A stretch of DNA of 64,000 nucleotides from Bacteroidales bacterium (lineage in GTDB: Bacteria > Bacteroidota > Bacteroidia > Bacteroidales > UBA12170). The notes below the pieces were generated by a model. That model saw only the letters and a list, made by a program, of their open reading frames with translations. It was not told the DNA's origin and did no database searches. The stretch lies in assembly GCA_016929955.1 (NCBI GenBank), contig JAFGHU010000180.1, positions 2,199 through 66,198 on the forward strand, given 5' to 3'. Below, piece after piece: positions 37,045 to 48,100 of the stretch (within the stretch, counting starts at the first letter, position 1; each line of letters starts with the position of its first letter). The position numbers and the translations under genes are program-made.

Positions 37045-37464
37045 TTACACGTCTATAAACCCCAATTGTTTCATAACTGTAGTTCTGTCAAAAACTTGCG
37101 TGTGACCGCAAATCAAATCATCTTTAAAATGATAGATGGTCATGCCCCTTGTGTTTATCGCTTTATTTGTAGGTGGATATTCGCCTATCATCCCCCGGTT
37201 TGTTCCTGTTAAAATCCAGGTTATAGCCACGAGGTTATCATCTTCAATAGCCGAGGTTATTTCAAAATTCATATCCGGAAATGAATCGAATGAATAATTC
37301 AGTCGGGTTTTAAATTCTTCGTGATCCAGTATTTTTCCTTCCCAGGGATCAGATGTATCGAGGTGAATAGTATATTGACGATGAACATATTTTTCTACTT
37401 TATCAAAACGTTTTTTGTTCCAAATCTCATTCATAAATTCCCGAAGGAAATCTTCTTTTTTCAT
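37045..37464 (-). CDS. SnoaL-like ester cyclase
   Basis: SFPDMNFEI, VAITW..TGT..G....PPTNK. Confidence 0.82.
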   Translation of the reverse strand: MKKEDFLREFMNEIWNKKRFDKVEKYVHRQYTIHLDTSDPWEGKILDHEEFKTRLNYSFDSFPDMNFEITSAIEDDNLVAITWILTGTNRGMIGEYPPTNKAINTRGMTIYHFKDDLICGHTQVFDRTTVMKQLGFIDV

Positions 37465-37563
37465 TGTGATTCTTTTTTTCGTGGCAAGGTGTATATTCCA
37501 AATAACCACTGATTTAACACTTTATTCTAGCAATTTATACGCATTATTTTTAATGCAAAATTT

Positions 37564-38997
37564 TTATCTTTCAATAAACATATACTCTGCATATCGGATA
37601 GCTGTTGCGAACAAATTTTTACGATCTCTGGCTTTTTCTTTGAGTTCTTCCATTAGGTTTTTATCGATAAGATGCCCTTTTATCATCACCCATTCCGGAT
37701 CTTTTAAAGCACTTAAATCCATTAGGGGGTTTTTTGACGTCAATATAAAATTGGCCAGTTTACCTTGTTCAATGCTTCCAACATTTTTCAAAATTTGATG
37801 TGATCGAGTTGGATTTATTGTTGCCGTTTTTAAAGCTTCATAATTGCTTAATTCTGCTGATTTGTATAGCGCAAGTTCCTCATGAATCGAAAAGCCGGGC
37901 GCCGTAATCCCAATTCCGGCATCTGTTCCACAGATCATATTAACGCCTTCTTCATTCATTTTTTTAATGCAATATTTATGAAACTGATGCTGCTTTAAGA
38001 TATAAGCCGTTATGCTACTATCGTTTTCTTTTTGATTTTTCCATCGTTCATATTGCACCTGACTATCGCTGATTTGTATCAATGGATTCATATAATGCAC
38101 TTGCTCGCTTTGCATGATCGTTTCCGACTGATTAAGCATTTCAAAAATTTTGTAGTAACCTACTAAAGTGGGACAAAAAGAAGTTTGAGTTTTCGCAAAC
38201 TTTTGAATTACAGTTTCTAGGCCTATGCTATCGAGATGATAATCAAGTGCTTGTTGCACGATTTCTTCGGCATGTTCAAGGCTTTTAATTTGAGGATGAA
38301 ATTGCTGAAGATAGGGAATTTCATGACTAGGATGAGAAACTATAGGAATATCGTCAATTAGCGATTGTTCCAAAATTGCTTTTTCCAAATCCTCTGGCAA
38401 ACCGGCATAGGTTTTAATAAAGTTGTAGCCTCTCTTTTCATATTCGGTAACCAATTGTCTTGCTTCTTCTGGTGTGCTAATTTGGACTTTGTCATCGCCT
38501 AAATCCTCTTTACCGGTTAATTTTGGACTTGAAGTTAAAAAGACAGGACTTAATAGTTTGTCTTGCTCAACTTCTTTTTTTATTCGCAGGTGTTGAGGCA
38601 TTCCCCACATATTACGAATAGTCGTTACACCGTTAGCAAGATAGAGACCCAATTCGCATTTGTCCCAAACATGAACATGCATATCCATTAATCCGGGCGA
38701 GAGATAAGCACCTTTCGCGTCGATTACTTCCATATCCACTGTGTCGATATGCTTCCCAATTTGTTCTATTTTTCCATGAACGATTTTGATACTTGTATTC
38801 GTTAAAACAGTATCAGAAGTCATCGGAATTATGTTGACATCCTTAATGATATAAGTGTTTCTTTTTGTTTCGGAATGATTTTTTACTTTCAAATAGGAAG
38901 TGTTCCAGGCATCGATCAAAAGTATGGATACAAGGGCAATGATAACTAGCACAACAAGCGCTAAACCTATTTTTAGTATTTGTTTTAAGCGTTTCAT
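37564..38997 (-). CDS. Amidohydrolase family protein
   Basis: PGLMDMHVH, GVTTIR, GTDAG, ATIN and GSIEQGKLAN. Confidence 0.88.
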   Translation of the reverse strand: MKRLKQILKIGLALVVLVIIALVSILLIDAWNTSYLKVKNHSETKRNTYIIKDVNIIPMTSDTVLTNTSIKIVHGKIEQIGKHIDTVDMEVIDAKGAYLSPGLMDMHVHVWDKCELGLYLANGVTTIRNMWGMPQHLRIKKEVEQDKLLSPVFLTSSPKLTGKEDLGDDKVQISTPEEARQLVTEYEKRGYNFIKTYAGLPEDLEKAILEQSLIDDIPIVSHPSHEIPYLQQFHPQIKSLEHAEEIVQQALDYHLDSIGLETVIQKFAKTQTSFCPTLVGYYKIFEMLNQSETIMQSEQVHYMNPLIQISDSQVQYERWKNQKENDSSITAYILKQHQFHKYCIKKMNEEGVNMICGTDAGIGITAPGFSIHEELALYKSAELSNYEALKTATINPTRSHQILKNVGSIEQGKLANFILTSKNPLMDLSALKDPEWVMIKGHLIDKNLMEELKEKARDRKNLFATAIRYAEYMFIER

Positions 38998-39668
38998 TAT
39001 TTTGTGTTTTTAGGTTTACCTCCTTTTATTACCAGCCAAATAGCAAATGCTAATTCGCCAATAGCCATTGGGAGCATTAATACTTGTTCAACTTGCATAA
39101 TACTTTCTACCTCTAGGGAAAAAAGTGCTTTAGCAACGTGGATTCCAAAATAGCTTATCCCTGCAAATAAAAGTAACCAAGCAAAAATAGTTGGAACAGC
39201 TGAAGATTTCAAGGTCAATACACTTAGACTTATCAAATGGAGTCCAAAAACGATGAGGCCAAGCGACCAATAATGGTTAAAGGAATCTAAAGCAGACATT
39301 ATCGCTGCGGCATCAGTTTTCTCCTTTACTAAAGGCAGAACAGCAATTAAATACGAAATAGCAATGCCCAGAAAAAGTGTGTAAACAATTCTAAAAATGG
39401 CAGTTAATAAGGCTAGATTTTTCTTTGCATCTCTAAAGAATTGATAAATTCCCCAAGCAACTACTAAATCGAGAATTAAAATAAAAACCCATCCCACAAT
39501 GCCGCTAACAAACAAATCTAATGAAGATTGTAAATTTTTATAGGTCTCGATTTCGTTTCCCATTAGTACAATACTGTTGAAAACATAACCATAAGAATAG
39601 CCGGCTACTAAGGCCATAACGAGGATTGAAATGCCGGCCCAAAGTGCGTATTTTCTTGTATTATTCAT
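38997..39668 (-). CDS. DUF4386 membrane protein
   Basis: Multi-TM; LDLVVAW, FGLHL and GELAFAIWLVIKG. Confidence 0.78.
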   Translation of the reverse strand: MNNTRKYALWAGISILVMALVAGYSYGYVFNSIVLMGNEIETYKNLQSSLDLFVSGIVGWVFILILDLVVAWGIYQFFRDAKKNLALLTAIFRIVYTLFLGIAISYLIAVLPLVKEKTDAAAIMSALDSFNHYWSLGLIVFGLHLISLSVLTLKSSAVPTIFAWLLLFAGISYFGIHVAKALFSLEVESIMQVEQVLMLPMAIGELAFAIWLVIKGGKPKNTK

Positions 39669-40668
39669 AACTATAAGTTTTTGTATTAACAATTACGATA
39701 TTTCCTTTTTTATGACCGCTTTCGATATAATTGTGCGCTTGTGCCAGTTTTTCTAAAGGAAACTGTCGATCGATTAGCGTTTTTAGTTTGCCTTCTTTAT
39801 ACATCTCCGCCAATTCAGTAAAGAGTGCTTTTAGTTTAGTCATCGTGTTTGTTCCTGTTGCTTGAAACTTTACTTTCTTTCGACCAAAAAATGTCGTACT
39901 TACGATTTGTAGTAAAACCGAAAACTTTAAAACAGGAGTGAGGTAAATTCCTCTTTCTGTTAAAATGTTTTTGCATTTATTAAAAGAGCTCTTTCCCACA
40001 GTATCAAAAACGATATCGAATTTTGTATTCGATTTTGTAAAATCTTCCTTATGGTAATCGATAACTGCATCAGCTCCCAGCGATTTTATCAGTCCGGCAT
40101 TTTTGCCGCTGCATACGGCCGTAATATGGGCGCCCATATACTTGGCGATTTGAACGGCAGCATTTCCCAAAGCCCCGGAAGCGCCATTAATAAGAACTTT
40201 TTGTCCTTTTTTTAGCTCGGCTATTTCTTTTAAAAAATTAAGCGAAGTGATAAATCCATCGCAAAAGCTGGCAGCTTCCGTAAAGCTCAAATTCTCGGGC
40301 ATAGAAAGTATGACTTCATTTTCTGAAATCGTAAGGAATTCAGCGTTAGTGCCAAAATTAAGGAAAGTTCCGCCAAAGACACGATCGCCTTTTTTAAAGC
40401 TTATAACCTTATCGCCAATATTTTCCACTATACCGGAGAATCCGGTACCGGGAATTGGTTTTTTTGGTTTTGAAAATCCTAAAAAAAGCCGGGAGACAAG
40501 TGGTGTTCCTTTGCGCATTTGCGTGTCGGCTGTTGTAGCAGAAGCAGTCATCACTTTTACCAACACTTCATCGGCCTTGGGTTGAGGCTTTTCTATATCT
40601 TGAAGTTGTAACACATCAGGAGATCCGTATCCTGTTGTTAGCATCGCTTTCATTTTTTCTGAACCCAT
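39661..40668 (-). CDS. NAD(P)-dependent MDR oxidoreductase (quinone reductase / alcohol dehydrogenase-like)
   Basis: YGSPDVL, INGASGALG, LGADAVIDY and GHKKGNIVI. Confidence 0.88.
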   Translation of the reverse strand: MGSEKMKAMLTTGYGSPDVLQLQDIEKPQPKADEVLVKVMTASATTADTQMRKGTPLVSRLFLGFSKPKKPIPGTGFSGIVENIGDKVISFKKGDRVFGGTFLNFGTNAEFLTISENEVILSMPENLSFTEAASFCDGFITSLNFLKEIAELKKGQKVLINGASGALGNAAVQIAKYMGAHITAVCSGKNAGLIKSLGADAVIDYHKEDFTKSNTKFDIVFDTVGKSSFNKCKNILTERGIYLTPVLKFSVLLQIVSTTFFGRKKVKFQATGTNTMTKLKALFTELAEMYKEGKLKTLIDRQFPLEKLAQAHNYIESGHKKGNIVIVNTKTYSYE

Positions 40669-40774
40669 ATCATTATTCTTAAATTCACGACAAAACTACA
40701 AAGCAGAAAATGGGTATCGGTTCGGATTATTAAAAAAGAGGTTCTGCTTTATAAATCAGAACTGATTTTTGCGA

Positions 40775-42568
40775 TTAGGAAATCTTTTTTTGATATTCCT
40801 TAGGCGTAATTCCAAATTCTTTTTTAAAGCTTGTATTGAAAACCGTTTTTGAATTGAAACCACTTTCGTAGGCTAGGCCGATAATAGAAATATTTGCGTT
40901 TTCAGGATTTTTTGCCAATTCCTTAAAGTGATTGAGGCGGTAGAGGTTGATAAATTCATTGAACTTTTTCCCCAAGTATTCATTCAATAGCCAGGAAAGT
41001 TGATTTGGATGAATTTCAAGCTGATTGGCCAAATCGCGTAAGGAAATAGAAGGATTAAGATAGGGTTTTTCGCTGTCTACATAAATTAGAATTTTATCGG
41101 CCAATGCAACTGCTGTTTTATTATCGAGTAAAGGCTTTTTTTTCGCGATGCTTTTTTCAGCTTTAATCTTACCGTAGAGTTTGTTGTGATAAACTCCATA
41201 ACGCTCATCATTTACTAAACCTTTAACTAATGGATCAGAAAAACTTAGAAGTAAAACCGACGATTTCATCTTCAATGAATTCTCCAATACTTCAAAGGCT
41301 TTATCATTTTTGTGTAAATTGGCATAGGCTAAAAACAAGTAAGAATGGGCTTGAAATGCGCCAGGATTTTCGGCTTCTTTCTCTACTGAATTTAAAAGAG
41401 TTAAGGCATTTTTCTCATCCCCTTTAAAAATTGCAGTAAGGCAAAGGATGCCCAATTTTTCGTGAGGAATTAAGATTTCTTTAGGTGCGTTTTCGATACG
41501 CGCGAGCAGCTCGTCATATTTTTTCTGAAAAAGCATACAATAGGACTGAACGACAAAAGCTGGAATATTTTTCGGATTTTTAAGCAGTAAATCATCCAGA
41601 ATAGGCATCGCTTTATCATAAGCTTTGGAACGGTAATAAAAATAAGCCTGGTAAAAAATGGTTTCCTGATTTAAGGGGTCGATACTCAATGCGAATTGTA
41701 AATGATGTTTTGCTTTTTGCATATCGCCCGAAAGCATATATAAAAAAGCTATATATTGTTGCGCCTCCGGATAACTGGGTTTGAGTTGTACCGATTTAGA
41801 GATATGCAAAAAAGCATCTTCAAAATGGCAATCGGTAAAAAAGGAGAGATTGGCCAATAAATAATGAACCCCCGCATTTTGTGGATCTAGGGCATAGGCT
41901 TTGTGCGTATTTTCAACCGCTTTTTTCCAGGCTATATCGGGAGCCATAAATTGAGTTGTGGCCATAAAGCTGTAGGCATCAGCCAGTCCAACATAGGCCT
42001 CAGTAAAGTTCGCGTCAATTTCTATTGCTTTGTTAAACAGATCGATAGAGGCGTTTACGTCTTCGGGATTCCATTTGTTGAAATGAAATTTTGCTTTTAA
42101 TACATATTCGTAAGCATCCAGTTTGTTGGTCTTGTTCTGTACTAAATGTTCGCTGATTTCCAGATGGCCAAGCTGTTCGCGAAGCTTTTCCGCAATCAAA
42201 AGACTAATTTCATCTTGAACTTCCAGGATATTTTCCAAACTTCTGTCCCAGGTTTCCGACCAGAAATGGAAGTCGTCGGCTGCTTGAATTAACTGTGCAG
42301 TTATTCTAACTTTATTGGATGCAATGCGCACGCTTCCTTCAAGAATAACCTCAACCTTTAGTTTGTCAGCAATTTGTTTTAAGGTAAATGCTTTGTTTTT
42401 AAAATAAAACGACGATGTTCGGGAAATGACTTTTAATTCACCGATTTGTGCTAAGGCATTGATTATTTCTTCTGTGATACCATCGCTAAAATATTCGAAA
42501 TCCTTATCTGAGCTAATGTTTACAAAAGGAAGAACCGCTATGGTTTTATCTTTAAATTTTGATTTCAT
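40775..42568 (-). CDS. AraC-family regulator with TolB-like N-domain and TPR repeats
   Basis: IAVLPF..S...YFSDGITEEII, TPR helices and C-terminal GFNSKTVFN..FKK..G.TP HTH. Confidence 0.88.
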   Translation of the reverse strand: MKSKFKDKTIAVLPFVNISSDKDFEYFSDGITEEIINALAQIGELKVISRTSSFYFKNKAFTLKQIADKLKVEVILEGSVRIASNKVRITAQLIQAADDFHFWSETWDRSLENILEVQDEISLLIAEKLREQLGHLEISEHLVQNKTNKLDAYEYVLKAKFHFNKWNPEDVNASIDLFNKAIEIDANFTEAYVGLADAYSFMATTQFMAPDIAWKKAVENTHKAYALDPQNAGVHYLLANLSFFTDCHFEDAFLHISKSVQLKPSYPEAQQYIAFLYMLSGDMQKAKHHLQFALSIDPLNQETIFYQAYFYYRSKAYDKAMPILDDLLLKNPKNIPAFVVQSYCMLFQKKYDELLARIENAPKEILIPHEKLGILCLTAIFKGDEKNALTLLNSVEKEAENPGAFQAHSYLFLAYANLHKNDKAFEVLENSLKMKSSVLLLSFSDPLVKGLVNDERYGVYHNKLYGKIKAEKSIAKKKPLLDNKTAVALADKILIYVDSEKPYLNPSISLRDLANQLEIHPNQLSWLLNEYLGKKFNEFINLYRLNHFKELAKNPENANISIIGLAYESGFNSKTVFNTSFKKEFGITPKEYQKKIS

Positions 42569-42978
42569 TTCAAGTTCACTTTTTTAAGCTTTTTAAAAGC
42601 TATTCATGCAAAAAGGCTTGACGCTGTTTTGTATTTGATCTTAAAACAATAATTCAAAACGGTATAATAAACATGGCAATAAGGTGCTATCGCGATGATT
42701 ATTAAGCTGTTTCGACCAGGTTTTTCATATCCCTATTTATGCTCTAGATATTTTTTCCTATTTCCCTAAAAAGTACAAAGTGTTTTATAAATATTGCTAG
42801 GCCCAATTTTATTTACATAGCAAAAATCAAAATTAGACATTTTTGTTAAACTTGATTTCTGTTTTTTGGCTATTTTGCCCTTGTGCTTCCAGAAAGGATC
42901 GGAAATGACTTTCTGAAAAAGGTATAATCTATTGGTTATCAACATTAAATAAGTAAAAGGGATACAATCACTTTTAAT

Positions 42979-43947
42979 TTATTTTAAAGGTCTTTTTTTA
43001 ATCATTCCCCCTTTTGCATCTTTAATGCTGTGCATAACAATAAAAGCATCGCTATCAATTTTATCTATTTCTGTATGTAATTTCGATAATTCCAGTCGTG
43101 TTATTAAGGTATAAACAATATCGGTTTGTCGAAGCGGTTCACCTCTTTTAGCAAAGCCTTTTTTCCCGGTGTATAAAGTACAACCCCGGCCCATTTTTTC
43201 GATAATGGCCAGTCTGATTTCTTCCGATTTATCAGAAATAATGGTTACGCCAATATATTCTTCAACACCGGTAACTACAAAATCGACGGTTTTTGAAGCT
43301 GATAAATAGGTTAAAATAGCATATAAAGCGATTTCAATTGAAAAAACATAAGCGGCAATGGCAAATATGATGATATTAAAAATGAGTATCACATCGCCAA
43401 TTGTTAAAGAGGTTTTTCGACTAATAAAAACGGCCAGCACTTCTGTTCCATCAATTACAGAGCCTCCACGTACAGCTAAACCTATTCCTAATCCCAGGAA
43501 AAAACCACCAAAAACAGCAATTAAAAGTTTGTCGTCGGTAATCGAGACAAAAGGAAATAAGTGGATGGTAATGGCAAGCAAAAAAATCGCTATTATGCTT
43601 TTAATAGCAAATGATTTGCTAATGGTATAATAGGCTAAAATCAAAAACGGAATATTGATCAAAACAATTAACACGGAAAGCGATATTCCTGTTAATTCGG
43701 TAGTAATCAGAGAAATACCTGTAACGCCGCCATCCAGAAAAGAATTGGGGAGCAAGAAACCTTTTAAACCAAAGCTTGCAGACAATACGCCTAAGATTAT
43801 CAGGAAACTATCGTGAAAGATATGCTTAAATTCGATTTTCGTATTTTCAATTTCTTTTTCATATTGATATGGAGATGGCTTTTTGGCCTTCTTTTTAAGT
43901 TGATGCCTAACGGCCTCTACGATTATATATTGAAAAATGGGGTTCAT
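42979..43947 (-). CDS. YitT family membrane protein (DUF161 + DUF2179)
   Basis: LDGGVTG, INIPF, DGTEV, RGCT and ID.DAF. Confidence 0.88.
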   Translation of the reverse strand: MNPIFQYIIVEAVRHQLKKKAKKPSPYQYEKEIENTKIEFKHIFHDSFLIILGVLSASFGLKGFLLPNSFLDGGVTGISLITTELTGISLSVLIVLINIPFLILAYYTISKSFAIKSIIAIFLLAITIHLFPFVSITDDKLLIAVFGGFFLGLGIGLAVRGGSVIDGTEVLAVFISRKTSLTIGDVILIFNIIIFAIAAYVFSIEIALYAILTYLSASKTVDFVVTGVEEYIGVTIISDKSEEIRLAIIEKMGRGCTLYTGKKGFAKRGEPLRQTDIVYTLITRLELSKLHTEIDKIDSDAFIVMHSIKDAKGGMIKKRPLK

Positions 43948-44175
43948 TTTATTGTTTTATTTATTACGATTAGCAAATTAGATGGTGATATTCTTTCAAT
44001 TGAGTCGCATTTGCATACGATTTACAGCTCATTTTCTTTTCAATCATTTTATCCAAATATAAGAAAAAAAAGCAGGCGTTGAGGAAATAATTAAAACGTA
44101 AGACTTTAAAAAAAGGTTGAGGTTGAGGATAAGGATGAGATTGAGGGGGCGGTTTTTTTAGGGTGCACTAAATCT

Positions 44176-45147
44176 TTAATACTGATATTCATAAGGCAAC
44201 CAATCTGCAATGCGTTGTTCGCCCATTGCGCCTTTCCAATGTATTCCGGCGGCAATAAAAAAACCAGATTCATCAAAATAAACACGATCGAATAAAAAAC
44301 GAATTCGGCTGATTTTTCTATCAAAATAAATGTATATATCTTGCTTATAATTAAAGAATTTCCGGCCTCCTTTCTGTGATACAAGATCTTCTTCGTTCAA
44401 TTTTTGATAGTTCAGTGTGGTAACAGTAAAACCATTCGACTGCAAGCGGTTTAACCATAAAGCACGAATAAAGTGCATTCTCGATCCCAGATAGCATAGT
44501 TCTCGTTTTTCTTTGATTTTATGCTGATCTTGTGCTGCTATATTCCTTTCTTTGAACTGTATATTTCCTTCAAAATAAGTAGATTGCGTTTGTTTATAAT
44601 ACTCAAATTTATCGAGGTAGTAAGTCACCTGATAAGCCAAGGCTTTGTTTTCTACTTGAATTGGGTTTAAGGCAAAGACTTTTATCGTATCTTTATCTGT
44701 TTCGTAGTTGAATGTGATATCTTCTTCGTTTAATAGTGTACACAAAAGCGCATTTTCAGTAGTTCCTAAAAACTCCTCTTTAAACAATTTCAGGTATCGT
44801 TTTCTTTTTCGTTTAAGCGATTTGGCTTGAATAGTTGTTTCGCTTAGTTGATAAATCTTGGGTTTTAAATAGATGATTAAAGGCTCATCAAACTGATAAT
44901 CGTAAAGCGTAACAGAAAAATAGCCTATAGCGCTAATGGTTATCGGCATCAATTTATTTTTTGAGCAGTCCAACTCAAAATTTCCCTGCTCATTCGCAAT
45001 AGCTCCAACATAAGTACCGTTAAAATAGGCCGTTGCACAACAAATTGCTGTTTTGTCTTTTTCGTCTAGGACACAACCCGTAATGACCTGAGTGTAAGCC
45101 TGTTTGATAAATAGAATAAGCAGTATAGAAAAGAGAAACTTTCTCAT
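44176..45147 (-). CDS. Carboxypeptidase-like regulatory domain-containing protein
   Basis: Signal peptide, ITG.VLD...GNFEL...ISAIGY, YLGSRMHF and LPYEY. Confidence 0.75.
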   Translation of the reverse strand: MRKFLFSILLILFIKQAYTQVITGCVLDEKDKTAICCATAYFNGTYVGAIANEQGNFELDCSKNKLMPITISAIGYFSVTLYDYQFDEPLIIYLKPKIYQLSETTIQAKSLKRKRKRYLKLFKEEFLGTTENALLCTLLNEEDITFNYETDKDTIKVFALNPIQVENKALAYQVTYYLDKFEYYKQTQSTYFEGNIQFKERNIAAQDQHKIKEKRELCYLGSRMHFIRALWLNRLQSNGFTVTTLNYQKLNEEDLVSQKGGRKFFNYKQDIYIYFDRKISRIRFLFDRVYFDESGFFIAAGIHWKGAMGEQRIADWLPYEYQY

Positions 45148-45176
45148 TTTGCGATAAGGTTTTGTTCAAATGTCAA

Positions 45177-48100
45177 TCAAAAGTTTGCCAAAGCTTTAGC
45201 TCCTTCTAAAACAAAGCGCATTTCCGCAGCTTTTTGCAAATGTATGGTTTGTTCGTTTTTGGTTTTTAAGGTAATATCTGTTAAGGAAAAATCATCTTTA
45301 TTAAAACATACTTCAATGGCTTCGCTATAAAACAAGAAATTATTTTCAGTCTCCGAGAGCGAATAACTCTGTTTTCCATTTTTATAATTTAACACGAGCT
45401 CTTTGTTTAATTTTTCCAAAAAATAGCCTTCTTGATTTTGCGCATAGCTTTCTTTTGTTAAATAAACGTGGGGCTTATCTTTATAGGGTTCGCCTGCTGT
45501 CGGACAAAATGTTGTACAGTTTCCACAAGCATTACAGAAATCGGCAATGTTTAAAATTTGTTCTTCTTGCTTTATTTCGAAGTGATTATCAGGAAGCAAT
45601 ACGGGTTTGGCCTCTTTTACCTGTACTTTTAGCATTTCGATACTTTGTGGCTTAACGCGATAATTAAAATTGGCACGATTAGGACAAACCGTTACGCAAA
45701 TAGAACACGAATCGTCGCAGGCCAGGCAGCGAGAAGCTTCGTGCATAATTTGTTCCGCTGTTTTTAGCTTTTTATGATCGGCTTCGCCATAAATTCGTTT
45801 TGCTCGAGCTAAAGTATGATCTAATTTGCTTATTCCTTTATCTACTTTATTAAAAGCAAACTGATGTTCCAGATGGGCAATTTTCAGTATCTCCTGAGCC
45901 ATGCTTTGCCCATCGCCCACGGCTTGAACTATACTTGCCGCTCCATGCCGAACATCTCCACCGTGAAAAACATTTCCCGAACGCAACAAAGATGCGTCTT
46001 TACTTAAAGTTGCTATATCATTGTCGCTAAATGGAAACCTCACTTCCTGACCAATGGCCGGAATAATACTTGTCGCTTTTAAATCGATGGGTTTTTCCTT
46101 GCTGTTTATTACTTTTAGTCGTCCGTCGGTGCCAAATTCTTCGCTCAATTGCATAGGCTGACAGCGTAAGAAAAATTCGCTCTTTTTATGAATAATTTCC
46201 AGGGGACTTAATAAATTCAGAAAACGAATACCTTCTGCTTTGGCGTCGAGAATTTCTTCAGCATCGGCAGGCATTTGCGCTAGCGAACGTCGGTAAACCA
46301 GCGTAACTTCGCCTTTGCCTTTTTGAAGCACTTTTGCAGCACGTGCTACATCCATAGCTGTATTTCCACCTCCAATCACTAAAATATTTTCGCCCAAATC
46401 AAGGTTTTTATGCTGTTTAAAATCAGCTAAAAATTGCAAGGAATCGAATAGAATATTCGCATCATCGCCCGGAATATGGAGTTTTTTCATGTTTTGAGCG
46501 CCAAGGGCAACATAAACATAATCGTAATTGGTTTTAAGTCGGTCAAAAACGATTTGATCAACAGGTGTATTAAAGTGTATTTTTACACCTAAACTTTCAA
46601 TTCGGGCAATATCTTCGTATAAGGCGTTATTGGGCATTCGAAAACTTGGAATGGCTTTATGTACCAATCCACCGGCTGCTTTTTCTTTTTCAAAAAGCTC
46701 AACTTGAAACCCTTCGAGCGCTAAAAAATAAGCTGCTGCTAATCCTGCAGGTCCTGCTCCTACAATGGCTATTTTTAAACCATTAGAAGCAGGAACTTTA
46801 AGTATGCTGTCTTTTCCATGCTGACTAACAAAGTTTTTTATTTCTTTAATTTGCAATGAGTTATCGTAGTTTATGCGCGTGCATTTAGACTGACAAGTAT
46901 GTTCGCAAACCAAACCCAAGGTTTTGGGAAATGCATTGTTTTGGAGTATAACTTCATAAGATTTTTGAAACTCACCTTGTGCAGCATAATAAAGATAGTC
47001 AGGAATATTTTGCGTCGTAGGACAAGTATCTACACAAGGAGCAGCTATACAATCAAATGTATGAAGAGGTCTCTTTGTTTTGATGTTTTTTTGTTCAAAA
47101 AGCTGATAAGAATACGCATTGTTTTCGAGTACTTTTTCTGCGTAGGCATTTAATTTATCCAATTGAAAAGCGCTGTTTTCTTTTGATATTGCTTTTAGTT
47201 TATCTTGCTTATTGGCTTTTAAATAGTTCTGAATATTTTCCGCATATTGTGCCATTCTGCTGTATCCACCGGGCTTTAATAAATCTGACGAAACAGTAAC
47301 AGGTTGCAAGCCACACGCTAAAACCTCCGCAATATTAAAGGCATCAATTCCAGCCGAAAAACTAAGGTCGAGACGGCCTTTAAATTCCGTTTGTAATTTT
47401 GATGCTACCTGAATGCTAAGTGGATGCAGCGCACGACCACTTAAATACATCATCTTTTCTTTGGCATCAAATACATTTTTTTGATTTTTAACTTCCAAAG
47501 TATTGGTAAGTTTTAAGCCGAAATAAACGCCTTTTTTTGCGGCTGCTTTTTCAAGATTTTTAATGATTATGAGCGCGTCATTGTATTTTAAATCGTGTTC
47601 GAAGGCAATATCAGGAACAGCAGTTGGCCATTGATGTTTGTCGTTTAAAATGGAGCGTAACTCGGTTGCCCCCAAAAGAGTTGGATTTAACTTAACAATG
47701 GTGTGTAAGTTTTTTTCTTCAATTAAATAGCGTGCAATATCTTCAATTTCATTGGCCGGACAGCCGTGCATAGTCGATAGCGTAATATTGTCGGAAATTT
47801 GTGTTGGAATGTATACGGAATCTATTGCCGGGTAAAGCTCTCGAATTTGGTTTTTCTTTATTTCCAATTCGGCAGAACAATCCTTCATCTTTTCAAAAAA
47901 CCATTGTACGTTTTTATTTAATATGCCTTGCAGTTCGTAACCAACGCTCATATTAAAAATAGTTTCAGGAGTTTCGCCCCAAGCCAGTTTATGGTTGAGC
48001 ACATGAATAATAATCCAGGCATTTAAGTATTCGTCGAAACTCTCATGGATTTTTAATTCTTGCGACCACTCGCAATTATAACCTTCGTCTTGCATATCGA

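Noticed and set aside
42570-42975. 400-bp intergenic gap as degraded gene or sRNA
   Set aside because: No ORF of 60 aa or more, no repeat and no stable structure identified.
44116-44146. gttgag hexamer repeats
   Set aside because: Short degenerate low-complexity tract with no functional evidence.
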